Source of the DNA: Candidatus Omnitrophota bacterium
GTDB taxonomy: Bacteria; Omnitrophota; Gorgyraeia; Zapsychrales; Zapsychraceae
Length of the DNA stretch: 64,000 nucleotides
Assembly: GCA_035292445.1 (NCBI GenBank)
Contig: DATDQB010000024.1
Coordinates: 267 to 64,266 of the forward strand
Reading direction: 5' to 3'
The first letter of the stretch is position 1. Each line of letters opens with the position of its first letter. The translations under genes were made by a program, and so were the position numbers. Below the pieces are notes generated by a model. It worked only from the letters and a program-made list of their open reading frames with translations. It had not been told where the DNA came from and made no database searches. Below are positions 10,581 through 22,988 of this stretch, piece by piece.

Positions 10581-12143
10581 ATGGAAAATTTGCGTGAGTT
10601 GAAATACACCGAGATCGGCCAGGTCAAAAGCATCCGCGGTTGTATTATTGTCGTGACGGGTTTTAAATCCTGCATCAATGGCCAGTTGGTGCATTTTGGC
10701 TTCGGGACCATGGGCATGATCGTGGGTTTCACTCAAGAAGAAGCCCAGGTGCTTATTTTGAAGGAATCGACGCCAATCAAGACCGGTGATGAGGTGCGCG
10801 CCTCGATGGAGCCGTTTCTGGTCCCTGTGGGGAAAAATTTTATCGGCCGTGTGGTCAACGCCTTGTGTGAGCCGTTTGACAGCTTGGGGCCCATCCAACC
10901 GGAGGCGTTTAATCCGATCTGGCCGAAAGCCCCGGGCATTCTGGACCGCCAGGTCTTAAAGGAGCCGCTGGAAACGGGGACCAAGGTCCTTGATGCCATG
11001 ATCCCTATCGGGTTGGGCCAGCGCCAATTGATATTGGGAAACAAATCGACCGGAAAAACAACGTTTATTACGGATACCATCTTAAACCAAAAACATACAG
11101 GTGTGGTTTGTATCTATTGCGCCATCGGGAAGGCCCGTTCGCAGCTCTTGCGGGCTGTCCATCTTTTTAACAAATACAACGCCTTTGACTACACGATCGT
11201 GGTGGCTGCCCCTTCATCTTCGCCGCCGGGGCAGCAGTACCTGGCGCCGTATGTGGCCTGTTCATTGGGAGAATATTTCCGCGATCGCGGCGGAAGCGTC
11301 TTTATCGGATTTGACGATTACACCAAGCATGCCTGGTGTTACCGTGAGATATCACTTTTGTTGGGGCGGGCCCCGGGGCGCGATTCTTATCCGGGCGATA
11401 TTTTTTACCTGCATTCAAAGATGATCGAGCGGGCGTGCCGCTTAAGCGATAAAAACGGCGGCGGTTCCATGACGTTTCTGCCGATCGTTGAGATATTGGA
11501 AGGCGATCTGACAGGCTACATCCCGACCAATTTGATCTCCATGACCGACGGCCAGGTTTATTTGGATGCGTCGTTATTCGGCGAAGGGCAAAAACCGGCT
11601 TTGGACCTAGGTTTGTCGGTTTCCCGCACGGGGACCAAGGTCCAGTGGTCGATCGTCAAGGATTTAAGCGCGCCCCTTCGTTTGGAATACCTGCAGTATC
11701 GGGAATTGGTCCGTATCTCCCGTTTGCGCGCGGGCAAACAGCCGGAGGAAGTGGCGGCTAAATTGAAAAGCGGGGAGATTTTAACATATTTACTTCGACA
11801 AGATAAAAATTCACCGGTCCGCATGGAGCATTTAATTCTCATCCTTTGGGGATTTCACAAGAAACATTTGCATAAATTGACCATTGAGGAGGTCAAGACA
11901 TTCGAGAAGGACATTTTCCCCTTTGCCCAGGAAAGAAATCCCGAGTTGATCAAGATTATCCGGCAACGCAAGAAGCTCGATGATGAGATCGAGAAGGGGC
12001 TGGAAGAAGTGCTACAGGCCTATATCAAGAAAGTAAAGCCCAAGGCCAAATTTAAGAAGGAAGATGGGGAGGAAGACGCGATTGTTGGTAAGATAGGCAA
12101 GAAAGTCCTGGAAGAAACATCCGGAAGGATGGGGAAAGCGTAA
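10581..12143 (+). CDS. atpA: F-type ATPase alpha subunit, divergent (P-loop GNKSTGKT instead of GDRQTGKT)
   Basis: Collinear with the E. coli AtpA core: CIYCAIGKA vs CIYVAIGQK, QYLAPYVACSLGEYFRDRG vs QYLAPYAGCAMGEYFRDRG, LLLGRAPGRDSYPGDIFYLHS, TDGQVYLD. Confidence 0.85.
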   Translation: MENLRELKYTEIGQVKSIRGCIIVVTGFKSCINGQLVHFGFGTMGMIVGFTQEEAQVLILKESTPIKTGDEVRASMEPFLVPVGKNFIGRVVNALCEPFDSLGPIQPEAFNPIWPKAPGILDRQVLKEPLETGTKVLDAMIPIGLGQRQLILGNKSTGKTTFITDTILNQKHTGVVCIYCAIGKARSQLLRAVHLFNKYNAFDYTIVVAAPSSSPPGQQYLAPYVACSLGEYFRDRGGSVFIGFDDYTKHAWCYREISLLLGRAPGRDSYPGDIFYLHSKMIERACRLSDKNGGGSMTFLPIVEILEGDLTGYIPTNLISMTDGQVYLDASLFGEGQKPALDLGLSVSRTGTKVQWSIVKDLSAPLRLEYLQYRELVRISRLRAGKQPEEVAAKLKSGEILTYLLRQDKNSPVRMEHLILILWGFHKKHLHKLTIEEVKTFEKDIFPFAQERNPELIKIIRQRKKLDDEIEKGLEEVLQAYIKKVKPKAKFKKEDGEEDAIVGKIGKKVLEETSGRMGKA

Positions 12144-12146
12144 GCC

Positions 12147-12428
12147 ATGATCAATTTTAAGGGGACATTTAAGTGCGTGATCTTAAGCCCGCATACCTTG
12201 ATCTATCAAAACGATGTTCAAAGCGTGTTTTTAAGGGGCAATGCGGGAGAGTATGAAATATTGGCGTACCATTACCCTTTACTGGGGGTATTAAGGAAAG
12301 GCGATATCATTATCAATTGGAACGAGCGGGTTAAGATTAATGGCGGGGTCGTCAAATTTTTTGCGAACGAATGTATCATTATGGTGGAGGAGGAAATTCG
12401 CCCGTATAACGAGGCTGAATTCAAATAA
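12147..12428 (+). CDS. atpC: F-type ATPase epsilon subunit, short form (beta-sandwich only, no C-terminal helical hairpin)
   Basis: VILSPHTLIYQNDVQSVFLRGNAGEYEILAYHYPLLGVL matches the epsilon N-domain pattern (SPE...G.GE.GIL..H.PLL). Only 93 aa. Confidence 0.6.
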   Translation: MINFKGTFKCVILSPHTLIYQNDVQSVFLRGNAGEYEILAYHYPLLGVLRKGDIIINWNERVKINGGVVKFFANECIIMVEEEIRPYNEAEFK

Positions 12429-12431
12429 CGA

Positions 12432-12650
12432 ATGGTAGCTGAAACTTTCATTATTATTGCGATCATGTTCGTAGCCGTTATGGGGCCGTCGCTGGTGATC
12501 GCCCTTGTCGGCCAGTCGGTCATTAAGGCCCTGGCCAGAAATCCGTCTGCGGCCTCCAAGATATTTATGGGAATGATTGTTCTATTGCTTTTTGTCGAGG
12601 CGATTGCCATTGTTGCGTTGTTGGTGATTTTTCAGCTGTTCTCGAATTAA
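12432..12650 (+). CDS. atpE: F-type ATPase c subunit (proteolipid)
   Basis: 72 aa, two TM helices, loop ARNPSAAS (compare ARQPE), conserved carboxylate in helix 2 (FVEAIAI). Confidence 0.7.
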   Translation: MVAETFIIIAIMFVAVMGPSLVIALVGQSVIKALARNPSAASKIFMGMIVLLLFVEAIAIVALLVIFQLFSN

Positions 12651-12659
12651 AGGGACAAA

Positions 12660-12893
12660 ATGGAACCGTTTAATTTAGTAAGCGAGGCCGTCATCTTTAT
12701 CGCCGTGTTTTCGATCGTTGTCATGCTACCGTGCTATTTCGTGGTCATGATCGGGCGAGATATGATCGATCAGATCGGGCAGTTCCCGACGATGGCGGCA
12801 AGGATCCAATTGAAGGCGCTGTTTAAACTGGTGGCGGTCGAACTGGTGTCGTTTTTTCTTTTGATCGCCTTTTACCGCGTATTTGCCCATTAA
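12660..12893 (+). CDS. Small two-helix membrane protein, possibly a second divergent c-like proteolipid (Glu in helix 2, AVELVSFF)
   Basis: 77 aa, RBS aaaggga, two hydrophobic helices, located between atpE and atpF. Assignment is by position and topology only. Confidence 0.4.
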   Translation: MEPFNLVSEAVIFIAVFSIVVMLPCYFVVMIGRDMIDQIGQFPTMAARIQLKALFKLVAVELVSFFLLIAFYRVFAH

Positions 12894-12914
12894 AAATAAA
12901 AAGGAGTTGATCCT

Positions 12915-13667
12915 ATGCAATATGAAAGCTTAATCATCGGATTCGTCGTTGTTCAGATATTTATCGTGGGGGTGATCGTTGTCTGGCTGCGGATGGCCTT
13001 GATTTCCAGCACGGAGGGGGCGGTCAACCGGCTCAATGAGGAGATCGCCAAGGCAAATGCCCGGCAGTCGGATTTAAGCAAGAAACTGCGGGAAGCTGAT
13101 GAGGAGCTGAACCGAAGGCGCGCCGAGGCCAAATCACTGACCGACAAGATGCGTGCGGACGCCCAGGAACAATCCAAAGAAGAGCGGGAGAAGATAATTT
13201 CCGAAGCGAGGAAAGAAAGCGAAGACATCCTCAACAAGGCCCAGAACGCGAAGGTCAAGATCCGCCAAGATTTGGAAAAAGAGGTCGATGTCAAGGTCAT
13301 CCAGGTCGGGATGAAGATCGTTAACGGCGTTTTGAGCGACAAGGCCAAAGGGATCTTGCATAACATTTTGGTCGATGAATTTATCGATAAATTAAAAGAA
13401 ACCCGGATGGACCGCATTAATCAGGATATCGGTGCCATTGATGTCGTCACGGTCGAGCCGTTGGATGACACCCGCAAGAACCGGATCAACGAGATCGTAA
13501 AGGAAAAGATGGGGCGGGAAGTCAAATTCAATTATTCAACGGACACCGCCATCGGCGGGGGGGTTGTCATGAAATTCGGCAGCATGGCCTTGGATGGGAG
13601 CGTTAAGAACTTGATTCGCCAAAGCGCCACCAATTTGCAGGAAGAGATCGAATCCAGGTATACGTAA
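12915..13667 (+). CDS. F-type ATPase b subunit fused to delta (OSCP)
   Basis: N-terminal TM and a long charged coiled coil (b-like). The C-terminus has the delta signature TAIGGGVVMKFGSMALDGSVKNLI. Confidence 0.7.
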   Translation: MQYESLIIGFVVVQIFIVGVIVVWLRMALISSTEGAVNRLNEEIAKANARQSDLSKKLREADEELNRRRAEAKSLTDKMRADAQEQSKEEREKIISEARKESEDILNKAQNAKVKIRQDLEKEVDVKVIQVGMKIVNGVLSDKAKGILHNILVDEFIDKLKETRMDRINQDIGAIDVVTVEPLDDTRKNRINEIVKEKMGREVKFNYSTDTAIGGGVVMKFGSMALDGSVKNLIRQSATNLQEEIESRYT

Positions 13668-13671
13668 ACTT

Positions 13672-16055
<2,384 letters not shown>

Positions 16056-16057
16056 CG

Positions 16058-18280
16058 ATGAAACAGCTTAATAAAATAATAGAAGAAGCCCTCATCAAGA
16101 ACAATGTCCTCGCCAAAGGCAGTTTAAAAACCTACCAAGAGCAGGCCCAAAAAAAAGGCGAATCCTTAAGGGATTTTCTCATCGACCAGAACATCGTGAC
16201 GGAGCAGCAGATCCTGGTGAGCCTTTGCCAGCAGCTTAATTTGGAGCGCGTGAGCTTTCAAACCCTTGCCATTGATTCAGCCGCCATCGAAAAAGTCCCG
16301 GTTAAGTTCGTTTGGTATTATAAGATCATGCCGATCCGCCTGGAAGGCGACACGTTGACCGTTGCCAGCGCAATTCCCTTAGACGTTAAAACGCAGGATG
16401 AACTGCGGGTGCATTTGGGATCGGGAATAAAGGTCGTGCTCGCCTCCGAACGGGAATTGACAGAGGCCTTAAAAAAATATTACGGGTTTGCATCCGATAC
16501 CATCGACCGGATCATGACGAAAGAAGGCACGTCTACGGCTGGAATGATGTCATCAATGGAGGCGATCGAAGATATCGAGCAAAAATCCGAAGACCCGACG
16601 GTCTCAAACCTGGTCAATGAGATCATCATGGAAGCGTACCGAAAGAGGGCGACCGACATCCATATTGAGCCGTACCGCGATAAGGTGCGCTTTCGTTATC
16701 GTATTGACGGCGTTCTGGTGGACGCGTATTTGCCGGATAAAGTCAAACATTTCTTGCCAGCGATCCTTTCCCGTATCAAGATCATGGCGAATTTAAGCAT
16801 CACCGAAAGGCGTCTGCCGCAGGACGGCAGCGCGGTCGTCAAGACCAGGGAACAGCCGCTTGACTTGCGCATTTCAACGATGCCCACGCCCCGCGGGGAG
16901 AGTTTGGTCGTGCGCATCCTGCCTTCCAAGGTCATGCTCTTTAGCCTGGAAAAACTCGGGTTTAACGAAGAAGGCGTCAAAAGTTTCAGGGAGCTTATTA
17001 AGAGACCGCACGGCATTATTTTCCTGACCGGACCGACGGGAAGCGGGAAAACGACGACTCTTTACGCCTGCCTGAATGAGATCAGCACGCCGGGTAAGAA
17101 GATCATCACCATCGAAGACCCGGTGGAGTATGAGATGGAAGGCATTACCCAGGTCCAGGTGAACCCGAAAGTACAATTCAGCTTTGCGACCGGGCTGCGC
17201 AGCATTCTTAGGCATGATCCGGATATCATCATGGTCGGGGAGGTCCGTGACCCGGAAACCGCGGAGATCGCGATCAAGACGGCCTTGACCGGGCATCTTG
17301 TTTTCTCGACGCTACACACCAATGACGCCTCTAGCGGCGTCACCCGCCTGATCGATATGGGCATTGAACCGTATCTGGTCGCCTCAAGCGTTGAGGCCTT
17401 TGTCGCCCAGCGGCTGGTGCGGGTGATCTGCCCGCGCTGTAAAGAAGAAGACGCTCATCCTTTGGCGGGCATTGTCGATGAGATCAGGCATTCGCTTAAA
17501 TTCGATGCCAACAGGCCGGTAAGGATATATAAGGGGAAAGGCTGCGAATATTGCAATGGCACCGGCTATTACGGCCGTGTGGCCATTTATGAAAATTTGA
17601 TGCTCAATGACCGCATCCGCGCGGCGATTCTGGAAAAACCGCGTTCCGATTATATAAAAAAGATCGCTATCGAAGAAGGCATGCAGACCTTGCGTCAAAA
17701 CGGCTGGCAAGCGGTCCTGCAGGGCATCACCACTTATGAAGAAGTGATGAATGTCACGACGAAAGATGACGCTTTGGGTGCGGGCAATCTGACGGATAAG
17801 TTAAAAAAGGATGATGCGGAACAAACGCAGGCGTCGCTGCGGCAGGTTAAAATAAAGAAACAGGGAAACTGGTCGGAAAAAAATGATTATGACGGGCGGA
17901 TGTACGAGCGCAGCTATGACCCCATTTCCGTCCGTTACCGGCTGGTGAAAAAAGATGAGCAAAACCACGACACGCTGGTGACCGACGGCATCGAACACTC
18001 GACCGTGACCGAAGATATCAGCGCCGGAGGCTTGCGCTTCACCTGCAAGCAGCTGATCGGCGTGGGCTCGATTTTGGAATTGAACATTCAGGCCGGGGAG
18101 GCAGGGAAAAGCATCGATTGTTTTTCCAAAGTTTGCCGCGTGGAGCAGGATAATTTCGATAATGCCTACACGATCGTGGCGTATTACCTTGATATTTCAA
18201 GCGCGGACCGTGTATTGATCGACCGGCTCGTCAAGAAAAAAGCCAATAAGGGCATCGAAGTCAAAGAAAACGTGTCTTAG
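16058..18280 (+). CDS. Type II/IV secretion ATPase (GspE/PilB family) with an N-terminal GspE_N domain and a C-terminal PilZ (c-di-GMP-binding) domain
   Basis: Walker A GPTGSGKTTT, tetracysteine CPRC...CEYC, and a C-terminal ~190-aa extension carrying RMYER (RxxxR, nt 17897-17911) and DISAGG (DxSxGG, nt 18014-18031). Confidence 0.85.
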   Translation: MKQLNKIIEEALIKNNVLAKGSLKTYQEQAQKKGESLRDFLIDQNIVTEQQILVSLCQQLNLERVSFQTLAIDSAAIEKVPVKFVWYYKIMPIRLEGDTLTVASAIPLDVKTQDELRVHLGSGIKVVLASERELTEALKKYYGFASDTIDRIMTKEGTSTAGMMSSMEAIEDIEQKSEDPTVSNLVNEIIMEAYRKRATDIHIEPYRDKVRFRYRIDGVLVDAYLPDKVKHFLPAILSRIKIMANLSITERRLPQDGSAVVKTREQPLDLRISTMPTPRGESLVVRILPSKVMLFSLEKLGFNEEGVKSFRELIKRPHGIIFLTGPTGSGKTTTLYACLNEISTPGKKIITIEDPVEYEMEGITQVQVNPKVQFSFATGLRSILRHDPDIIMVGEVRDPETAEIAIKTALTGHLVFSTLHTNDASSGVTRLIDMGIEPYLVASSVEAFVAQRLVRVICPRCKEEDAHPLAGIVDEIRHSLKFDANRPVRIYKGKGCEYCNGTGYYGRVAIYENLMLNDRIRAAILEKPRSDYIKKIAIEEGMQTLRQNGWQAVLQGITTYEEVMNVTTKDDALGAGNLTDKLKKDDAEQTQASLRQVKIKKQGNWSEKNDYDGRMYERSYDPISVRYRLVKKDEQNHDTLVTDGIEHSTVTEDISAGGLRFTCKQLIGVGSILELNIQAGEAGKSIDCFSKVCRVEQDNFDNAYTIVAYYLDISSADRVLIDRLVKKKANKGIEVKENVS

Positions 18281-18327
18281 GGTAAGCTCGGTTTCCCCTC
18301 ATTTTTCTTTCCTTACCAATCATTGAC

Positions 18328-19539
18328 ATGGCCACCTATATTTACAGAGCCAAAAAAAGTACCGCCGAAACTGTCACGGGCACGGTCAAGGCCCAAAGCC
18401 AGGATGAGGCCATCGACCTCATTAACCAGCTGGGGCTGTTGCCGATTTCTGTGAAGCCGCAGGAGGAGAGGGAGGAGAGCGGCGCCATTTCCCGGACGAG
18501 GACCGTCTCTTCCAAAGAACGCTACATATTCACCAAACAATTGGCCAATCTGTTAAAATCCGGCGTGACGATCCTGCGGGCCTTGGCGATCATCGGTGAA
18601 CAGACCCATAATCGTTTTCTAAGAAGGGTCATCGAGCATATCGGTCATCAGATCAAAAACGGCAAGTCGCTTTCGCAGGCGCTTTCGGTGTATCCCAATT
18701 TATTTTCCTCTTTGTATGTGACTATGGTCGCGGCCGGCGAGGAAAGCGGCAATTTGCAGTCGATGCTGGTATCGGTCGCCGAGTACCAGTTCCGCGAAGA
18801 GGAGATCCGCTCCAAGGTGCGCATGGCCGTCGCTTATCCTATTTTGATGCTCATTGTCGGGGGCGCGACGATCTATTTTATGCTGTCTTTTGTGCTGCCA
18901 AAGATGTCGGGGTTATTTGCCAACATGGGAGAGCAGCTTCCTTTGCCGACACAGATCTTATTGGGCGTCAGCAAGGCGATCAACCAATGGGGCTTATTCG
19001 GCATCCTGGCGGCGGTGGTCGGCGTATTTGTCGTTTTGCAATGGGCCAAATCGGCGTATGGGAAACGCGTCTTAAGCCAATTTATTTTAGGGATACCTCT
19101 CATCGGCGACATCTTGCTCAAGACGGAGCTGGCGCGGTTTTGCCGGACGCTGGTCCTTTTGAACCAGGGGGGGATCTCATTGGTGCATTCCCTTCATATC
19201 GCGATCCCTATTTTAGAGAATGAAGTGGTCAAGAACCATTTGATCCGATGCAAAGAGGCATTGCTGGCCGGCGGCTCTTTCGGGGAAACCCTTAAAAAAT
19301 CCAGCCAGATCCCCACGATGATGGGTTATATGATCTCGGTGGGGGAAGAGTCCGGGAGCCTTGATGAGGTCCTTATTGAGCTGGCCGTTTCTTTTGAGGG
19401 GGAAACGAACGAACGCATCAAGGTCATGACGACCCTATTGGAGCCGGTCTTGATATTGGCCATCGGCGTTATCGTCGGTTTCATTGTTTTTGCCATGTTG
19501 CTGCCTATCTTTCAGTTGGATATCATGTCTCAAGGATGA
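18328..19539 (+). CDS. Type II/IV secretion platform protein (GspF/PilC family)
   Basis: 403 aa with two T2SF-type repeats and three TM segments. Typical position after the ATPase. Confidence 0.85.
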   Translation: MATYIYRAKKSTAETVTGTVKAQSQDEAIDLINQLGLLPISVKPQEEREESGAISRTRTVSSKERYIFTKQLANLLKSGVTILRALAIIGEQTHNRFLRRVIEHIGHQIKNGKSLSQALSVYPNLFSSLYVTMVAAGEESGNLQSMLVSVAEYQFREEEIRSKVRMAVAYPILMLIVGGATIYFMLSFVLPKMSGLFANMGEQLPLPTQILLGVSKAINQWGLFGILAAVVGVFVVLQWAKSAYGKRVLSQFILGIPLIGDILLKTELARFCRTLVLLNQGGISLVHSLHIAIPILENEVVKNHLIRCKEALLAGGSFGETLKKSSQIPTMMGYMISVGEESGSLDEVLIELAVSFEGETNERIKVMTTLLEPVLILAIGVIVGFIVFAMLLPIFQLDIMSQG

Positions 19540-20351
19540 TGTTGATCAATTCCCTCATGGTCGCACGGCTCTTTCTCATCGGCGCGTTGGTATTTTTCCC
19601 GGATGTTTCCTGGGCCGTTTCCTGGCAGGAAGAAAAGGGAAAGCACTTTATCATTCGTACGGCCGGGGAAGATGCCGAGGTCTGGGCCAAAGAAGTTTTG
19701 CGTCACGCGGAGGATTATTACAGGACCATTGCCCAAGAGATCGATTATCCGCGTTACGATGATTTCTGGACATGGGACGAGCGCGTTTCTATCACGGTGT
19801 ACCCGGATAAGCAAACGTTCCTTGAGGCAACAGGCCAACCCGAGTGGTCGATGGGAGGGGCGATCCACCGCCCGCGGCATGAACATAAGCGCACCATTGT
19901 TACTTATAAGCAGGAAGAAAATTTTTTAGACGGTTTGTTGCCGCATGAGATCAGTCATTTGATGCTCATTGATTATATTGGCGAGAAATACCCTATTCCG
20001 ATTTGGTTGAACGAGGGGGTTGCCCAGCTGCAGGAGAAAGACAGGCGCCCTAAGGCGGATATATTGATGCGCCAGTTGGTAACGGCCAATCAGGCGATTC
20101 CCTTTGATGAACTTTTTGAGACGGATATCCGCCAGGAAACGGAAACACTGCGCGTGGCCGTTTTTTATTCGCAAAGCGTTTCGATCGTTGATTTTCTGAT
20201 CACAGATTATGGCAGCAAGAAATTCGGCCTGCTGTTGCGGCAGCTGCGCGATGGGAAGGATTTTGAGGAGGCTTTGGGCACAACGTATGCGACCACGGTT
20301 CCTTCTATAGAGGAGCTTGAAAAAAAATGGGTAAGTTATATGAAAAAATAA
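19536..20351 (+). CDS. Secreted HExxH zinc-metallopeptidase-like protein (peptidase MA-like / DUF1570-like)
   Basis: N-terminal signal peptide, HEISH at nt 19944-19958 followed by NEG (a possible third ligand Glu). 4-nt overlap with the upstream gene. Confidence 0.5.
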   Translation: MMLINSLMVARLFLIGALVFFPDVSWAVSWQEEKGKHFIIRTAGEDAEVWAKEVLRHAEDYYRTIAQEIDYPRYDDFWTWDERVSITVYPDKQTFLEATGQPEWSMGGAIHRPRHEHKRTIVTYKQEENFLDGLLPHEISHLMLIDYIGEKYPIPIWLNEGVAQLQEKDRRPKADILMRQLVTANQAIPFDELFETDIRQETETLRVAVFYSQSVSIVDFLITDYGSKKFGLLLRQLRDGKDFEEALGTTYATTVPSIEELEKKWVSYMKK

Positions 20352-20396
20352 AATTTCGTTGTATGATGGATTTATCTTCAGGCAAGGAGGATTAGT

Positions 20397-20822
20397 ATGT
20401 TTCTTGGGTCGATCATAAAGAAAAAAGGCTTTACGTTGGTTGAAATCATGCTTGTTGTCATCATCATCGCGGCACTTTCAGCCATGGTGGTTCCGCGGCT
20501 GGTGGGGCGTTCCGAACAGGCCAAGGTATCCGTGGCCCGTTCCGACATTGAAGCCCATTTGTCAACGGCCCTTAAGCTGTATGAATTGGATAACGGCAGT
20601 TTCCCGACGACCGCTCAAGGCTTGCAGGCCTTGAAGGTCCAGCCTACGACCGCCCCCGCGCCCAAGAACTGGAACGGCCCGTATGTCGAAAAAGACCCCC
20701 TCGACCCCTGGGGCAATTCTTATGTTTACGCATCTCCCGGGAAGAACCGGCCCGATTACGACCTTTATTCCACGGGCAAGAATCCCGATTCCCCCGATGA
20801 TGACATAAAAAACTGGGAATAA
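20397..20822 (+). CDS. gspG: Major pseudopilin, GspG family (prepilin N-terminus GFTLVEIM)
   Basis: KKGFTLVEIMLVVIIIAALSAMVVPRL and the GspG signature NWNGPYV...DPWGN.Y.Y. Confidence 0.85.
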   Translation: MFLGSIIKKKGFTLVEIMLVVIIIAALSAMVVPRLVGRSEQAKVSVARSDIEAHLSTALKLYELDNGSFPTTAQGLQALKVQPTTAPAPKNWNGPYVEKDPLDPWGNSYVYASPGKNRPDYDLYSTGKNPDSPDDDIKNWE

Positions 20823-20831
20823 CCTCTTCCC

Positions 20832-21281
20832 ATGATCCGCCCAAACCAACACGATCGAAACGCACCCGCGAAGGGTTTCTTGGCTGCCAACGCGGGATTC
20901 ACTTTTATTGAGATCATGGTGACGCTGGCCGTTTTATCCGGCAGTATCGTCATGATCTACCGGGCCCTTTTTTCTTCGCTGGATCATATGAGCCGCTTGA
21001 ACAGCCGGTTATATGCGGACATTTTGTTGGAAGACCGTATCGCCACGATCGAACGCACCCTGCGGGCCTACAAAGCCCTTCCCTTTGAACTGAATCCGCC
21101 GCAGGCTGTTGACGTGGGTGCCAAAGAGATCCAGTTTACGCCGCAGATGAAAATCAGCGAAGTCAGCGGTTTTATGGATGTTTTTCAAATTGACCTGGCC
21201 TTGCAGTGGCAGGAAGGCCAGCGCCAAATCCAGTTGTCCCGCTCGGCGTATATCTCAGATTTTATTTATGAAAGCCCTTAA
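20832..21281 (+). CDS. Minor pseudopilin (GspH/I-like), prepilin N-terminus NAGFTFIEIMVTLAV
   Basis: Class III signal-peptide motif G-F-T-x-I-E and a hydrophobic helix. Confidence 0.6.
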   Translation: MIRPNQHDRNAPAKGFLAANAGFTFIEIMVTLAVLSGSIVMIYRALFSSLDHMSRLNSRLYADILLEDRIATIERTLRAYKALPFELNPPQAVDVGAKEIQFTPQMKISEVSGFMDVFQIDLALQWQEGQRQIQLSRSAYISDFIYESP

Positions 21282-21879
21282 GAGAGCCTTGATATCTCAA
21301 TCGGCCGGCATGACGTTCATGGAAATCATGCTGGTCGTTTCCCTGATCGGGATGGTGAGCATCGCTTTGTACCAAGCCTTTGCCAACGGCATGAAGGTCT
21401 GGGAAAAAAGCCGTGAGATGGTCGTTGAGGAGGACATCATCATCTTTTTTGATAAATTTGCGCAGGATTTAAGGAATACGTTTGTTTTCTCCACTTTGCC
21501 TTTTGAAGGGGATAGCCAGCGTTTTTCGTTCCCGTCGCTTGTTCGGGCGGCGGATATGAAAAAGTTTTCTGCCGTTAAACAATTTAAAGAACAAATGGGG
21601 CGCGTGGAATATTATTACGACCCTCAAGCGGATAGTTTGAACAGAAAAGTGGCCAACTACAGCCAGGCGCTGAACCGGAGTTTTGAGGAGCCGCAAATGC
21701 TCGTAGCGCCCATCGAGCGGATCCAGTTTCGTTATTATTATCTTACCGATGACGGTGAGCTCTTTAGCGAGCAGGTGCTGGAAGTGATACCCTCGGGCGT
21801 TGAGGTGGTGGTGATTTTCTCCGATCAAAAAGGGACAAGGCAGGTACAACGGTATTTTGCCATTCCGCTTAAGATCTAA
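21268..21879 (+). CDS. Minor pseudopilin (GspJ-like), prepilin N-terminus AGMTFMEIMLVV
   Basis: The track ORF starts at 21178 but overlaps the previous gene. ATG 21268 gives MKALKRALISQSAGMTFMEIM, a typical prepilin leader. Confidence 0.55.
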   Translation: MKALKRALISQSAGMTFMEIMLVVSLIGMVSIALYQAFANGMKVWEKSREMVVEEDIIIFFDKFAQDLRNTFVFSTLPFEGDSQRFSFPSLVRAADMKKFSAVKQFKEQMGRVEYYYDPQADSLNRKVANYSQALNRSFEEPQMLVAPIERIQFRYYYLTDDGELFSEQVLEVIPSGVEVVVIFSDQKGTRQVQRYFAIPLKI

Positions 21880-21881
21880 AA

Positions 21882-22919
21882 ATGTGCATGAGCATCGTTC
21901 ATAGAAAATGCAGGGGTTCGGTTTTGATCTTCGCGCTTTGGATCGTTATGCTGCTGACGGTTTTTGCGACCGCCATAGGCTTACGGGTGCGCCAGCGGAT
22001 GACGGTCCTATCGAGGATCGAAGACCGAAGCCGCCTGCACTATATTACCGAGGCGGGTGCCAAAAAAACCATCGCCGCCATACGTTTTGACAAGGAGCGC
22101 CATCCGCAACAGATGGACGCTGAGTCCAAGGCCTACCGGCACCATAACCAGGATGTGTTTGAAAAAATAACTCTGCCGGAAGGGAGCGCACGGGTCAGTT
22201 ACGAGCTCCATCCTTTGGAAAAAAAGGAAAAAGACCTGCGCTTTGGGGTTGTGGATGAGGAAAGCAAGATCAATGTGAATACATCGGACCGCGCCAGCCT
22301 TACGCGCCTATTCGATCTGGTCACGCCGTTAGATGAGGAAGAAGCCAAGGGGCTGGTCGAAGCCATCATCAGTTGGCGTGAGATCGGCGAAACCCAACTG
22401 GTCGGGTTCGGCAGTGATGAGTATTATACGAACCTTCCTTATCCTTACCTGAATAAACATGCGCCTTTTGAAATCCTTGACGAACTTTTGCTGGTGAGGG
22501 GGATGAATGAGGAAATTTACGAGCGTATCAAGCCATTTATCACCATCTACGGTGATGGGTTGGTCAACATCAACACGGCCTCTGAAGAGGTCCTCTTCGC
22601 GTTAGGGCTGGAGGATCCGGTCATAGAGAAATTCCTTGCCGCCAGGGGCGGCTTAGACGGGGAGGAAGCGACGATGGATGACCATGTTTTCTTGGCCGCT
22701 TATGATGTCGCCAGCGAAGTGCAGAGCTTGGTTTCTTTGGATAAGGAAGAGGTCATTCAGCTCAGTTTTCTTAACGGTGCCGGAAAGATCAAGACAACCA
22801 GCGATTATTACCTGATCCAAAGCTTCGGCCAGCTGGATGAGGGGAAAGAGAAGCTTCGTATTGACTGTATCTACAACGCCAGGGACAATATTATTGAGTA
22901 TTGGAATGAAAATAATTAA
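21882..22919 (+). CDS. GspK-like minor pseudopilin
   Basis: N-terminal RGSVLIFALWIVMLLTVFA and a GspK-type helix-hairpin-helix region LVNINTASEEVLFALGL. Confidence 0.55.
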   Translation: MCMSIVHRKCRGSVLIFALWIVMLLTVFATAIGLRVRQRMTVLSRIEDRSRLHYITEAGAKKTIAAIRFDKERHPQQMDAESKAYRHHNQDVFEKITLPEGSARVSYELHPLEKKEKDLRFGVVDEESKINVNTSDRASLTRLFDLVTPLDEEEAKGLVEAIISWREIGETQLVGFGSDEYYTNLPYPYLNKHAPFEILDELLLVRGMNEEIYERIKPFITIYGDGLVNINTASEEVLFALGLEDPVIEKFLAARGGLDGEEATMDDHVFLAAYDVASEVQSLVSLDKEEVIQLSFLNGAGKIKTTSDYYLIQSFGQLDEGKEKLRIDCIYNARDNIIEYWNENN

Positions 22920-22988
22920 TATTTCTATTAATAACCTCTAGAATTCATATATAATAAAATAAAAATAATAGTATAAGTAAATACCATT

